Shown piece by piece: positions 19,032 through 28,052 of a DNA stretch of 64,000 nt. The DNA is from a virus (lineage: Duplodnaviria; Caudoviricetes), in IMG/VR virus record IMGVR_UViG_3300031555_004120, positions 4,145 to 68,144 of that record. One strand, 5' to 3'. Position 1 is the stretch's first letter; each line of letters begins with the position of its first letter. The notes under the pieces are model-generated. The model had not been told where the DNA came from and ran no database searches. It saw only the letters and a list, made by a program, of their open reading frames with translations. A program made the translations under genes and the position numbers.

Positions 19032-19574
19032 ATGAAAGAAAGATTAAATGATTGGTGGAATAACAATGAGCCCGATGAAGGTCTTATTTATCGTCATGGA
19101 TTAGGAAAACAGTGTATATTTGTTAGAGATACCATTATGCTTAATCTGTTTCTTGGAATTGCTACAGATTATCATAAATATAATGATTTCTCTGATGAAC
19201 GCTCTAAATTGTATGAGAGTTTTCATCCTTCTGTTATAGGTACCCATACATCTAAATCTGTAAAGTTGCCGGTTATGGAAATGGATATGTCTGAGAAACT
19301 TGGTATTAAGATTATTCTTAGAAACAACTTCTATGATTGGTGTATTTCTGTAGAATCCGAAAATGAAATAGATTGTGATTGGTTAAGATTAATTAATCCT
19401 ACTATTAAAGGTTACTTTGAAGGTTTCCCTAAGGACAGAATATATGCTCCTTACAGTGAAACTAATAGAAAGAACTTTAGTGTAGTTCTTAATGGAGAAT
19501 ATGAAGTTTACACTTTCATGTATATCTTAAAGAACTGGGCTATAGATAAATTTAATATTTTTGGAGGTATGTAA
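19032..19574 (+). CDS. Hypothetical protein
   Basis: 180-aa ORF with GAGG RBS. Confidence 0.6.
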   Translation: MKERLNDWWNNNEPDEGLIYRHGLGKQCIFVRDTIMLNLFLGIATDYHKYNDFSDERSKLYESFHPSVIGTHTSKSVKLPVMEMDMSEKLGIKIILRNNFYDWCISVESENEIDCDWLRLINPTIKGYFEGFPKDRIYAPYSETNRKNFSVVLNGEYEVYTFMYILKNWAIDKFNIFGGM

Positions 19575-19575
19575 A

Positions 19576-19932
19576 ATGAAGATTGAAAGAATGATTGAAC
19601 AGTTAAAGAACATTGCAGAAAAGTGCCCTGGTGCAGATGTCAAATTACATCATCCTACAGGTAATGTTGCTCTGTTTTGCCTTTGTACAGTAGCTTCTAC
19701 TGATCCTACTCGATCAGGTTCTGTATTTATTGAAGATGCTTCAGATATTGATGTAAGAAATGAGTTATATGCTCAGATTGAACATGCAAAAGATGTAAAA
19801 ATAAAAGATGTTGATCTTATAAATAATCTTCTTGATATTGGATTTACTTGGAAAGATTTTGAAGAATATCTTGATGAATCTGATTTCAGACATTTTGTAG
19901 ATATAGCAAATGCTCATGGTATTATCATATGA
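19576..19932 (+). CDS. Hypothetical protein
   Basis: Start refined to ATG 19576 (GGAGG RBS). Confidence 0.55.
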   Translation: MKIERMIEQLKNIAEKCPGADVKLHHPTGNVALFCLCTVASTDPTRSGSVFIEDASDIDVRNELYAQIEHAKDVKIKDVDLINNLLDIGFTWKDFEEYLDESDFRHFVDIANAHGIII

Positions 19933-20150
19933 ATAAAATAAAATTGCTTGTAATATCTATATTAGATGAATTTGAACAACTTCTTGAAGATACTGATACT
20001 ACTATTCCGGATGAATTTAGAGAAGGTGAAGAAGGAGAAGCCAGATTATTTGGAGATGGATATTATAGATTAGAAGATAGTATTTATAATATGATATACA
20101 GGGAATTTATTATTCAACCAATAGAATTTATAGATAAAGGAGAATTATAA
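19929..20150 (+). CDS. Hypothetical acidic protein
   Basis: 73 aa; ATGA overlap with the previous gene. Confidence 0.55.
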   Translation: MNKIKLLVISILDEFEQLLEDTDTTIPDEFREGEEGEARLFGDGYYRLEDSIYNMIYREFIIQPIEFIDKGEL

Positions 20151-20620
20151 TGAATCTCAAAACAAAAATAAGAATAGAATCTAAGGATATAGCAGCTATT
20201 AATTTATTAATGACTCATATTAAAAATGAATTCCTTAGTAGAGCTTTTATTTTAAAGAATGGTATTGTTGAACTGGTGGATTATTCTATTGAAGAAACAA
20301 AAGATGAATTATATTATATTGAACTTAATTGTTCCGGTAGATTTAATAAAGTTCTAATACCTACATTGATAGATAAGCATACACTTGGAATGGAGTCCAC
20401 TAAATTTGATCTAATAACTATCCATATTTATCCCGAAGACGATAGTAAAAATGGTGATATTGGTAATATGGTTTATGAGCAGTTTGTTGGTCATGAAGAT
20501 TATATTGATAGTGCTGTTGTATTAAATACAGATGAAGGTATTCATAGTTTTATTTGTGATGATAGTTCTAAATTTCCTTTATTTATATTAACCAAATTTT
20601 ATACAGCTTTTGACAAATAA
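20150..20620 (+). CDS. Hypothetical protein
   Basis: 156 aa with GGAG RBS; bidirectional terminator follows. Confidence 0.55.
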   Translation: MNLKTKIRIESKDIAAINLLMTHIKNEFLSRAFILKNGIVELVDYSIEETKDELYYIELNCSGRFNKVLIPTLIDKHTLGMESTKFDLITIHIYPEDDSKNGDIGNMVYEQFVGHEDYIDSAVVLNTDEGIHSFICDDSSKFPLFILTKFYTAFDK

Positions 20621-20692
20621 TAAATCAAATAAATAATCCCCTGGGTTTTACAAAACCCAGGGGATAATATTTTATTTTTTCACCGGATAAAA

Positions 20693-22165
20693 TTATACAC
20701 CAATACTGTCAATATTATCGATAATATAATCAGCTGTAGCGATAGCAATCTGTGTAGCATTTTCGCTCATAATTTCTTCTTCAGACATGAAACCGCCAAT
20801 AACTGCTTCGATAAGACCTTCATATTCTTCATATTCGAAGTTTTCTTTAACTTCTTCCTGATTCTGCTGAGCAGCTTTCTTCTTATCAGAAATCTTTTTA
20901 GCAGCAATTGCAGCAGCTGCACCTGTAGCAGCAACACCAGCACCAATAGCAGCAGTCTTACCAGGATTATTCTTGATAGCAGTACCAACATTCTTAGCAG
21001 CAGTACCTACTGCACTGGCAGCATTCTTAATCTTAGATCCAAGAGTTTCCTTAGCCTTATCACCAACAACCTTAGTATCAATCATCTGAGATTCGATCAT
21101 ATAATCAGCTACTTCACAAGCAAACTCGGAAGCATTTTCAGCCATGATTTCTTCTTCTGTCATGTTAGCAACAACGAATTCTACGAGCTCTACATATTCA
21201 GGATACTCATAGTTTTCTTTTACTTCTTCTTCTTTTTCCTTAGCAGCAGCTTTCTTTCTGTCAGCAATCTTCTTAGCAGCAAAAATACCACCTGCAGTTG
21301 CAGCAGCTACACCAGCACCGATACCAGCAGCTTTACCAGGATTAGCCTTGATCCAATCAGCAGCTTTACCAGCAATATTCTTAGCTTTCTCTCCACCTTC
21401 TGAAGGAATAGTAGCAAGACTTGTATTCTGATTAACTACTGCAGGAAGATTCTTCTCTTCAGCAGCTTTCTTAACAATTTCACTAGCCTTAGCAGCAGCT
21501 TTAGAATTCTTCTTTGCAGCTTCCTTAGCAGCAGCTTCAGCAGCTTTAATCTTCTTCAGAGAACGCTGTTCTCTTGCTTTCTTAACATATTCACTCACAT
21601 CTGCTTTCTTATCAAGGCTTCTACCTTTACCAGCAAAATCTCCAGCAAGCTTTCCTTCTTCTTTAGATTTCTTAACAGCATCAAAAGCCTTAGTTAAAGT
21701 TTCCTTAGCAGAAGCCTTAGTATCTTCATCACCACCGGAACGATTTACTAAGTTATGAGCTTTAAGAACAGCTTCTCCAGCTTTCTTCTTTGCTTCATCA
21801 GCCTTAACACCACCAGCCAACTCAGACTGAGTTGCTCTCTTAAGTAATTTTGCTGCCTTTTCAGCTGCCTTCTTTTCTTTAACTTTCTTGAACTCATTCA
21901 AGATATATAAAGCAGCTTCCATAACAAAATCTTCTGCGTTTTCCATAGCAAGCTGATCTTCGGTCATAAGACTTGTAATAGCTTCTACGAGAACACCGAA
22001 GTTAACCTCTTCGTCTAACATAATTTCTTCTTCAATAGCTGCTTCGCATAAAACATTAGCTGCTTCAACAAAGAATTCATTAACAGGCTGTTCGTTAGAT
22101 GATTCAGTCATAGTTTCATAACGTCTTGCTTTAACAAGAGCATCAGCGTATGTTACACCATTCAT
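20693..22165 (-). CDS. Probable internal head protein: Ala/Lys-rich with two Gly/Ala hydrophobic repeats and many hydrophobic-X-Glu motifs
   Basis: Acidic segments rich in MTES/VNEF/FVEA/LCEA/AMEN alternate with basic AK-rich segments; KxAxIGAGVAA...AAKKI(A/S)DxKKAA occurs twice. Confidence 0.5.
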   Translation of the reverse strand: MNGVTYADALVKARRYETMTESSNEQPVNEFFVEAANVLCEAAIEEEIMLDEEVNFGVLVEAITSLMTEDQLAMENAEDFVMEAALYILNEFKKVKEKKAAEKAAKLLKRATQSELAGGVKADEAKKKAGEAVLKAHNLVNRSGGDEDTKASAKETLTKAFDAVKKSKEEGKLAGDFAGKGRSLDKKADVSEYVKKAREQRSLKKIKAAEAAAKEAAKKNSKAAAKASEIVKKAAEEKNLPAVVNQNTSLATIPSEGGEKAKNIAGKAADWIKANPGKAAGIGAGVAAATAGGIFAAKKIADRKKAAAKEKEEEVKENYEYPEYVELVEFVVANMTEEEIMAENASEFACEVADYMIESQMIDTKVVGDKAKETLGSKIKNAASAVGTAAKNVGTAIKNNPGKTAAIGAGVAATGAAAAIAAKKISDKKKAAQQNQEEVKENFEYEEYEGLIEAVIGGFMSEEEIMSENATQIAIATADYIIDNIDSIGV

Positions 22166-22308
22166 TGTTTAATCCTCCATTAAAAAATATTTTCTGATTT
22201 TTAGCATAACTTTTTCTATTTTGAAGAAAAGTGTAGCTTTTAAATATATGTGAAAAGAATTTAGTATTAACTTAGTTTATAATTAATACTATAAGGAGGG
22301 TTCATAAT

Positions 22309-22680
22309 ATGAGTAATATGAATAAAAGAATCAGCAAAGATATAATTATTTACATTGATGGAATTAAATGTAGATGTAATACTATTAATATTACTGTATA
22401 CGAATCTTATAATATCCCTAATGATAAAATTGAACAATTTGTGAATAGATTAAGAACCGAATTATCAGTTGTTGATGGTATTGAATTTAAAAGATCTAAA
22501 GAAAGTTTTATCAGAGAAATATATGCTCATAATGTTTTATATAGAAGAAATATTTATGTAATGAGCTCTAAAGATACTGATATTACTGATAATGAAGAAT
22601 GGTATAGATTATTAGCTTTCGATACTATATATTACATTGGACAATTGACATATAAACTCAAAAATATATTCAAGAAATAA
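22309..22680 (+). CDS. Hypothetical protein
   Basis: 123 aa with AGGAGG RBS. Confidence 0.55.
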   Translation: MSNMNKRISKDIIIYIDGIKCRCNTINITVYESYNIPNDKIEQFVNRLRTELSVVDGIEFKRSKESFIREIYAHNVLYRRNIYVMSSKDTDITDNEEWYRLLAFDTIYYIGQLTYKLKNIFKK

Positions 22681-22691
22681 AAATATTAAGC

Positions 22692-23300
22692 TCAGGGTAG
22701 TTTTCTACCCTGAGCTTTTTCGTTTTGATTATTCACTTTTTCTTCTTCATCAAAATGCATCATTTCTTCTACAATACCGATATTTTTTCTAAGTTCGTTT
22801 AATTCTCTATTATGAAGATTTAATATATTTTGTTGAATTTCTTGAGCTTCTATAATTTTCTTTAACGATTTTTTATAGTTTTCAAACTCAATTCTTCTAA
22901 TATCATTATATATTCTCTTTTCAATTCTTCTTAGAATTCTACTATCTACAGCTGTTGATACTGTAGCTGCAATAAAAGGAGAAAATAAGATATTCCAAAG
23001 TATATCATTATCATAATATATAAATGACGTAAACCAATAGCACAAAGATATTGCAAGAAAGTAATTAAATGCAATTTGTATTATCATGGCACCTTTATAT
23101 TTTTTGTATACTATATCAGCTTTGTTAAATTTGTTGATAGAACTAATAAAGCTTTTATAGTGAAATGCAAAATATATAAGTATTAGCAGATTATTTATTA
23201 AAAATATTTCAATATTATATACTCTACCATATAGAGAATTTATAAATTCTTCTATAAAAAACATAAAGGGGAGATTAATAAACAATTCTGTATCGTTCAT
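22692..23300 (-). CDS. Membrane protein with about 3 TM helices plus coiled coil; holin-like paralog of 55569
   Basis: Start refined to ATG 23300; WNILFSPFIAATVSTAVD resembles WNIVVAPLVGFLASIWFD in the 55569 protein. Confidence 0.5.
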   Translation of the reverse strand: MNDTELFINLPFMFFIEEFINSLYGRVYNIEIFLINNLLILIYFAFHYKSFISSINKFNKADIVYKKYKGAMIIQIAFNYFLAISLCYWFTSFIYYDNDILWNILFSPFIAATVSTAVDSRILRRIEKRIYNDIRRIEFENYKKSLKKIIEAQEIQQNILNLHNRELNELRKNIGIVEEMMHFDEEEKVNNQNEKAQGRKLP

Positions 23301-23384
23301 GGTGTCATTCCCCCTCTCGATATTATACATAAGTTGATCAATTAATACAAAGAAGGGAAGATAACTACCATTACACTGGTACAC

Positions 23385-24113
23385 TTATCCATTAATTTGA
23401 ACATCATCACAAACTGTAGATATCCATCCACGATGATTAATAGTAAGATTACATATTGCTAATCTTTCATCTTCCATCTTTTCAAATGCTCTAAGATATT
23501 GATTAAATCCACTATTTTCAGGATGTTTATATAAGTCACACTGTTCAGAATGTCCAATTATGATAACTTTACAATTATCATGGATTCTAGTTAATGTTTT
23601 CTTGAGATTGGCTCCATAGAAGTTCTGTGCCTCGTCAATAATAACTACTTTATTTTCAAAATTACAACCTCTCAAATATGTATCAACTGTAAATTGAATA
23701 TAAGCAGTACCATTCTTTAAAGCTTCAATATTACTATCAGATTGTAATACCTGTGTAGGAACTAATCCTATAGTATATAATGCTTCAAGTAATGGTTCCA
23801 TATAAGGAGCACTTTTTTCTTCCTGACTACCAGGTAAATAACCCTGTCTTTGTTCATTAGTAGGAGATGCTATATAAACTATTCCATCGTACAAACCATA
23901 TTGTACCATAAGATTTGCTACACCAACAGAAATAGTTGTTTTACCAGTTCCAGCTTTTGCATTACACATAATGATTCTAGTTTTAGGATCATATATAGCA
24001 TCTCGGAACTTCTTTTGCTCTTCATCTAATAATAATCCGTAAAACATGATATCATCCAAGGTATCTGGAGCTTCATATGTTTTAATATTACTCTGGTATT
24101 GTTTCTTCTTCAT
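23385..24113 (-). CDS. phoH: PhoH-family ATPase
   Basis: AKAGTGKT, YLRGCNF, IIDEAQN, GHSEQCDL and HRG motifs. Confidence 0.9.
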   Translation of the reverse strand: MKKKQYQSNIKTYEAPDTLDDIMFYGLLLDEEQKKFRDAIYDPKTRIIMCNAKAGTGKTTISVGVANLMVQYGLYDGIVYIASPTNEQRQGYLPGSQEEKSAPYMEPLLEALYTIGLVPTQVLQSDSNIEALKNGTAYIQFTVDTYLRGCNFENKVVIIDEAQNFYGANLKKTLTRIHDNCKVIIIGHSEQCDLYKHPENSGFNQYLRAFEKMEDERLAICNLTINHRGWISTVCDDVQING

Positions 24114-24215
24114 AGATCAATCCTTCTTTCTATAAATTTTATTATGATGTGCAACTTATATCAACAATCTTTATTGTAAAAAATTACAAATTATTTTTAC
24201 CCATAACAATAAAGT

Positions 24216-24935
24216 ACTGAAAAAGTAGAAGATAGTATTGTTATATTTAAACTGTGTGTTATTAATATCCTGGTGCATAACTACAATACCATGTAATCCA
24301 GGGTGCCTCAATCTCATTCTTTTATAACTGATAGGGAACTAAAAGGGTGATTAGTATTAGCTATAATCAATGAAACTATACTAAGAATGGTCTAACAAGC
24401 TAAAGTGTTGAGGTAGCATAGACTAATATGATGCTAATGCATTCGATCTTTCCTATATAATAATAGACGCTTCCTGTGGAAGAATAATCCTTGGACCTAT
24501 AGGACGGTAGGCAACCGACTATAATAATAAGGAAATTGCCAAATATATAGTGCTCGTGACTGTTTATCTGAAAAGGTAAACTATAAGAAAGATCGTGAAG
24601 TTCGAGTAGCCCAATCGAGCATGAAAACATAATATATATGTTTTCGGTAGAGGACCGAAAGGATTGAACATATCTGAATGGTGGGTGAAAGTTGGGAGTA
24701 TCATTCTCCTTAGAGCAATGGGCAGATTTTTATCTGCTGCGGTGAAAAGTTTATAATCGACGGGTTATGGGCTCAGATTCATCGTCTCTATAGCATAACA
24801 AGTAGTAGTATTAGCGAGTAGGCTGAAGAGTCATTGATAATGCATGGTTTAAATGTAATAATATTATCCAATACTGATTCTAAAATATTTTTATAAATGA
24901 AATAAAGATTCCCATAGGAAGAGATTCCTATGGGA
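24216..24935 (+). ncRNA. Large structured non-coding RNA candidate (~720 nt; ROOL/GOLLD size class)
   Basis: No credible ORF; locally higher GC; AACA-N6-TA promoter at 24205-24216; 5'/3' end pairing (24234-24252 with 24847-24875); many hairpins; terminator at 24910-24935. Confidence 0.7.
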
Positions 24936-25048
24936 GTTTTGTTTATTTTTTCATATTAACTATCTGAACTTCTTATTAATATACCGATTATCGATTTTAT
25001 AATACGGTATTCTAAAAATATAATATAGAAAAATAGGAGGTAATTATT

Positions 25049-25903
25049 ATGTCTATCTATGGTCATGAATTAACTACAGATTTCGGAAGAGATAACAAAA
25101 ATACTCTTTATATCGAAAATCATGTAAGTTTCAACCGTGAATTAGATGAAGCTGCAATGCAGCCATATATTGATGAGTTGACAAAAGAAGTATTCAATGA
25201 AAAAATAGATATGGATGAAGGTTTTGGAGGTAAACTTAGACCTGTATTTATAGTTTTAACTTATTCTGATTCCAGATTCGATCATATCGCTGAAAAATTT
25301 GTAAAGAATCAGACGTACTGGCACGCTTCTATAGGATTTGGACCTTCATTGAGTAGAACTTATTCATTCAATTTTGGTGAAGCTGATAGCAATAAATTCA
25401 AAGGTGGATTATCTTTCGAATCTATGAAATTCTACCAGGAAGAACATCCTACAGGAACTTGTGAAGTATCATGTATTTTCTTGACACCTTATAAGTACAA
25501 GAAGCTTAAAGCTACTCTTGAATATTATTTGAGAAATAAACAGAAAACGAGATATTCTTTTGTAAATCTTCTTTATTCTTTATTTGGAAAAGGTACTAAG
25601 AATGGTTTAAAAATGAATCTTGTATGTTCTACTTTCGTAGATACTATTCTCAGATCTGTAAATGTAAATATTTCTGGAGATAAAGCAACTAATCTTACCA
25701 AGCCTGATGATTTGAAAGTTGGAAAACATGAAAAACAGTTTAAGGTATTTGAAGGAAGATTGCTTGATTATGATGCAGAAAAAGTTGCAAGAAAAGTTGA
25801 GAAATTATCCAATGATGTAAATAGTAATTTCTTTAAGAAACATGTTTCTGAAGCAGTACAGAATTGGATACCTGTAAAAGAATCAACAATTGACGAAGGT
25901 TAA
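25049..25903 (+). CDS. Permuted papain-like NlpC/P60 (YiiX/YaeF-type) enzyme, probably virion-associated
   Basis: His motif WHASIGF precedes Cys motif LVCSTFV, followed by TKPDDL; hydrophobic-X-E motifs at both ends. Confidence 0.55.
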   Translation: MSIYGHELTTDFGRDNKNTLYIENHVSFNRELDEAAMQPYIDELTKEVFNEKIDMDEGFGGKLRPVFIVLTYSDSRFDHIAEKFVKNQTYWHASIGFGPSLSRTYSFNFGEADSNKFKGGLSFESMKFYQEEHPTGTCEVSCIFLTPYKYKKLKATLEYYLRNKQKTRYSFVNLLYSLFGKGTKNGLKMNLVCSTFVDTILRSVNVNISGDKATNLTKPDDLKVGKHEKQFKVFEGRLLDYDAEKVARKVEKLSNDVNSNFFKKHVSEAVQNWIPVKESTIDEG

Positions 25904-25997
25904 TATTGTCCCTAGGGTCGAAAAGATCCTAGGGATATTTATTTTTTATCAATCTAGATACTCTCTTATAAATAAAGAAATTAAGGAGATAATCTCA

Positions 25998-26360
25998 ATG
26001 GAAATTACAGGTTGTATTAGTGTTCCTGAAGAAGAAACAGAAAGATTTGATAATCAGTGTGATAATGGAGTATCATTATTGATGGTTGATAATGATGAAC
26101 CTTTAAATATGGATGAAGATGGTAGTATGTATATAGAAGACAATCCTAAAGTATTAGGAGTTTTTGTATCGAGATATAATATTCCACTTTTACAGAAAGT
26201 ATTAGAATTAATAGATGAATATGAACCTCAAATTGAATTTTCTGTAGACGGTATTCGAGCTACATTTACTCCTGATTTTGATGACGATATGGAAGAAGTT
26301 ATAGATTGTACTTCTACTGTTTTTGATAATCCCAAATTGATAGAATATAAAGAGGAATAA
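25998..26360 (+). CDS. Hypothetical acidic protein
   Basis: Start refined to ATG 25998 (AGGAG RBS). Confidence 0.55.
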   Translation: MEITGCISVPEEETERFDNQCDNGVSLLMVDNDEPLNMDEDGSMYIEDNPKVLGVFVSRYNIPLLQKVLELIDEYEPQIEFSVDGIRATFTPDFDDDMEEVIDCTSTVFDNPKLIEYKEE

Positions 26361-26364
26361 TTTA

Positions 26365-26676
26365 ATGAATAATAGATTGAGACAAATTAAGAAACCATTT
26401 GGTCCTTATAGATGTCATTCATGTCAATATAGATATAGTGATTGTGATCATGGTTTTGGTAACAAACCTGATTATTGTAAAGATTATTATCCTGGTGGAT
26501 GTTTATCTTGTAAATATCGTTATGGTATATATGGTAATGATTTTACAGCAAAAGAAGATACTCAATGGCTACAAAGAGGATGTGATGTATTCTTTCCATC
26601 TTCTTTAAGATGTACCAAGAGAAAACGTTTAGGAAGAAAACGTAAGAAAAGATTAAAGAAAAGAGGATTATTATAG
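26365..26676 (+). CDS. Cys-rich basic small protein
   Basis: CxxC motifs and a K/R-rich tail. Confidence 0.5.
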   Translation: MNNRLRQIKKPFGPYRCHSCQYRYSDCDHGFGNKPDYCKDYYPGGCLSCKYRYGIYGNDFTAKEDTQWLQRGCDVFFPSSLRCTKRKRLGRKRKKRLKKRGLL

Positions 26677-26779
26677 AATTCTCCATCATCTATAGGAAAT
26701 TTATTAATATAATTGATTTTATTTAATCATATTAATTGTAATTGCATCAAATTTGGTACATATTGAAAGGAAGTTAAAA

Positions 26780-27346
26780 ATGAATAAAACAGAATTCTTT
26801 TATAAATATACAACAGCATCATCTGAAATGGATTATGATGAACGAATTAAAATTGAAAGAGAATCTATTGATACAAATCCTATCAATATAGGATATGGTA
26901 ATAGAAATCTTATTATTGTAATGGAAGAGTGTAGTGAACTTATACAAGAGCTAATAAGTATGCAGTATGGAATTGGAGATAGATTATCTTTAATTGAAGA
27001 AACAGCCGACGTAGAACAAGGATTGGATTATGTTAAATTAATTTGCGATATTTCTGATAATGAGATTAATTATGATGTGTCGTTTGATACAGAAATAGTG
27101 TATAATAAAGCAACGAATCCAATTGTAGCATTATCGTTATTACAACAACAAATTTCTAAATATTTACGAAATAAATTATCTCATAAATACGATCTTATAG
27201 AAGCTGTCAAAAATGTATATATTTCTCTTGAATATATTAAATATGCATATTCTATAGATAAAAAAGAAATCAATAAAGCTATGAATGTAAAGTTACAAAG
27301 ATTAGTTGAAGTTAAACAAAATAACCCATCAGCAATATATCAATAA
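26780..27346 (+). CDS. MazG-like nucleotide pyrophosphohydrolase, tandem domains
   Basis: VMEECSELIQEL...LIEETADV; the second helical repeat is degenerate. Confidence 0.65.
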   Translation: MNKTEFFYKYTTASSEMDYDERIKIERESIDTNPINIGYGNRNLIIVMEECSELIQELISMQYGIGDRLSLIEETADVEQGLDYVKLICDISDNEINYDVSFDTEIVYNKATNPIVALSLLQQQISKYLRNKLSHKYDLIEAVKNVYISLEYIKYAYSIDKKEINKAMNVKLQRLVEVKQNNPSAIYQ

Positions 27347-27371
27347 TAAAATAATAGAAAGGAAAAATATT

Positions 27372-27914
27372 ATGGCAGATGTAAATTTATCGGAAGTTGT
27401 AAAAGTAACAAATAATACTGACTTAAGTTTTGAGATCGGTGGAGTTAATGTTCCTATAGGACAAATTTTGGGAGAAAAGTTAGTTGCTTCTCTCATGGAA
27501 AGAATTACAGATGAAGAGTTTGAAGTTATTTATAAATATATGCATGATCAGACTTGGAAAAAAGATTATTGTGGGGAGAAAGTTATTCTGAATTATACAA
27601 AGAAGGATAATTATTATAATACTCAAAGTACACCACCAACTATTGCTACATATGCTGAAAATCTTTTATCAGAAAAAATGAAAGAAAGAATCAAAGCTAA
27701 AGTAGAAGAAATAACTTCATCTGAAGAATTCTTATCTAAGGCAGACCAGATTGCTCAAGAGATTGTAGATTATGCTACAGAAGGTTATAAGAAAGATATG
27801 AAAGCAAGAGTATATGAACGTCTTGTTGCTAATACTGTAGATGCATCTCCTTGTTATGGTGGTGTGGATTTGAGATCTATTATCTTTCAATGTATTAATG
27901 ATAGATTACGATAA
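27372..27914 (+). CDS. Hypothetical protein
   Basis: Start refined to ATG 27372 (AGGA RBS). Confidence 0.55.
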   Translation: MADVNLSEVVKVTNNTDLSFEIGGVNVPIGQILGEKLVASLMERITDEEFEVIYKYMHDQTWKKDYCGEKVILNYTKKDNYYNTQSTPPTIATYAENLLSEKMKERIKAKVEEITSSEEFLSKADQIAQEIVDYATEGYKKDMKARVYERLVANTVDASPCYGGVDLRSIIFQCINDRLR

Positions 27915-28052
27915 TATCAATATAATAATCCCTAGGGTATTATCTACCCTAGGGATATTAGTTTCATTTCAATTTCATAAAAATTCCCTCTAGAGATTTC
28001 TCTCTAGAGGGAACATTATTATTCTTTATAACCCGCTGCTATAATCAGCAAA

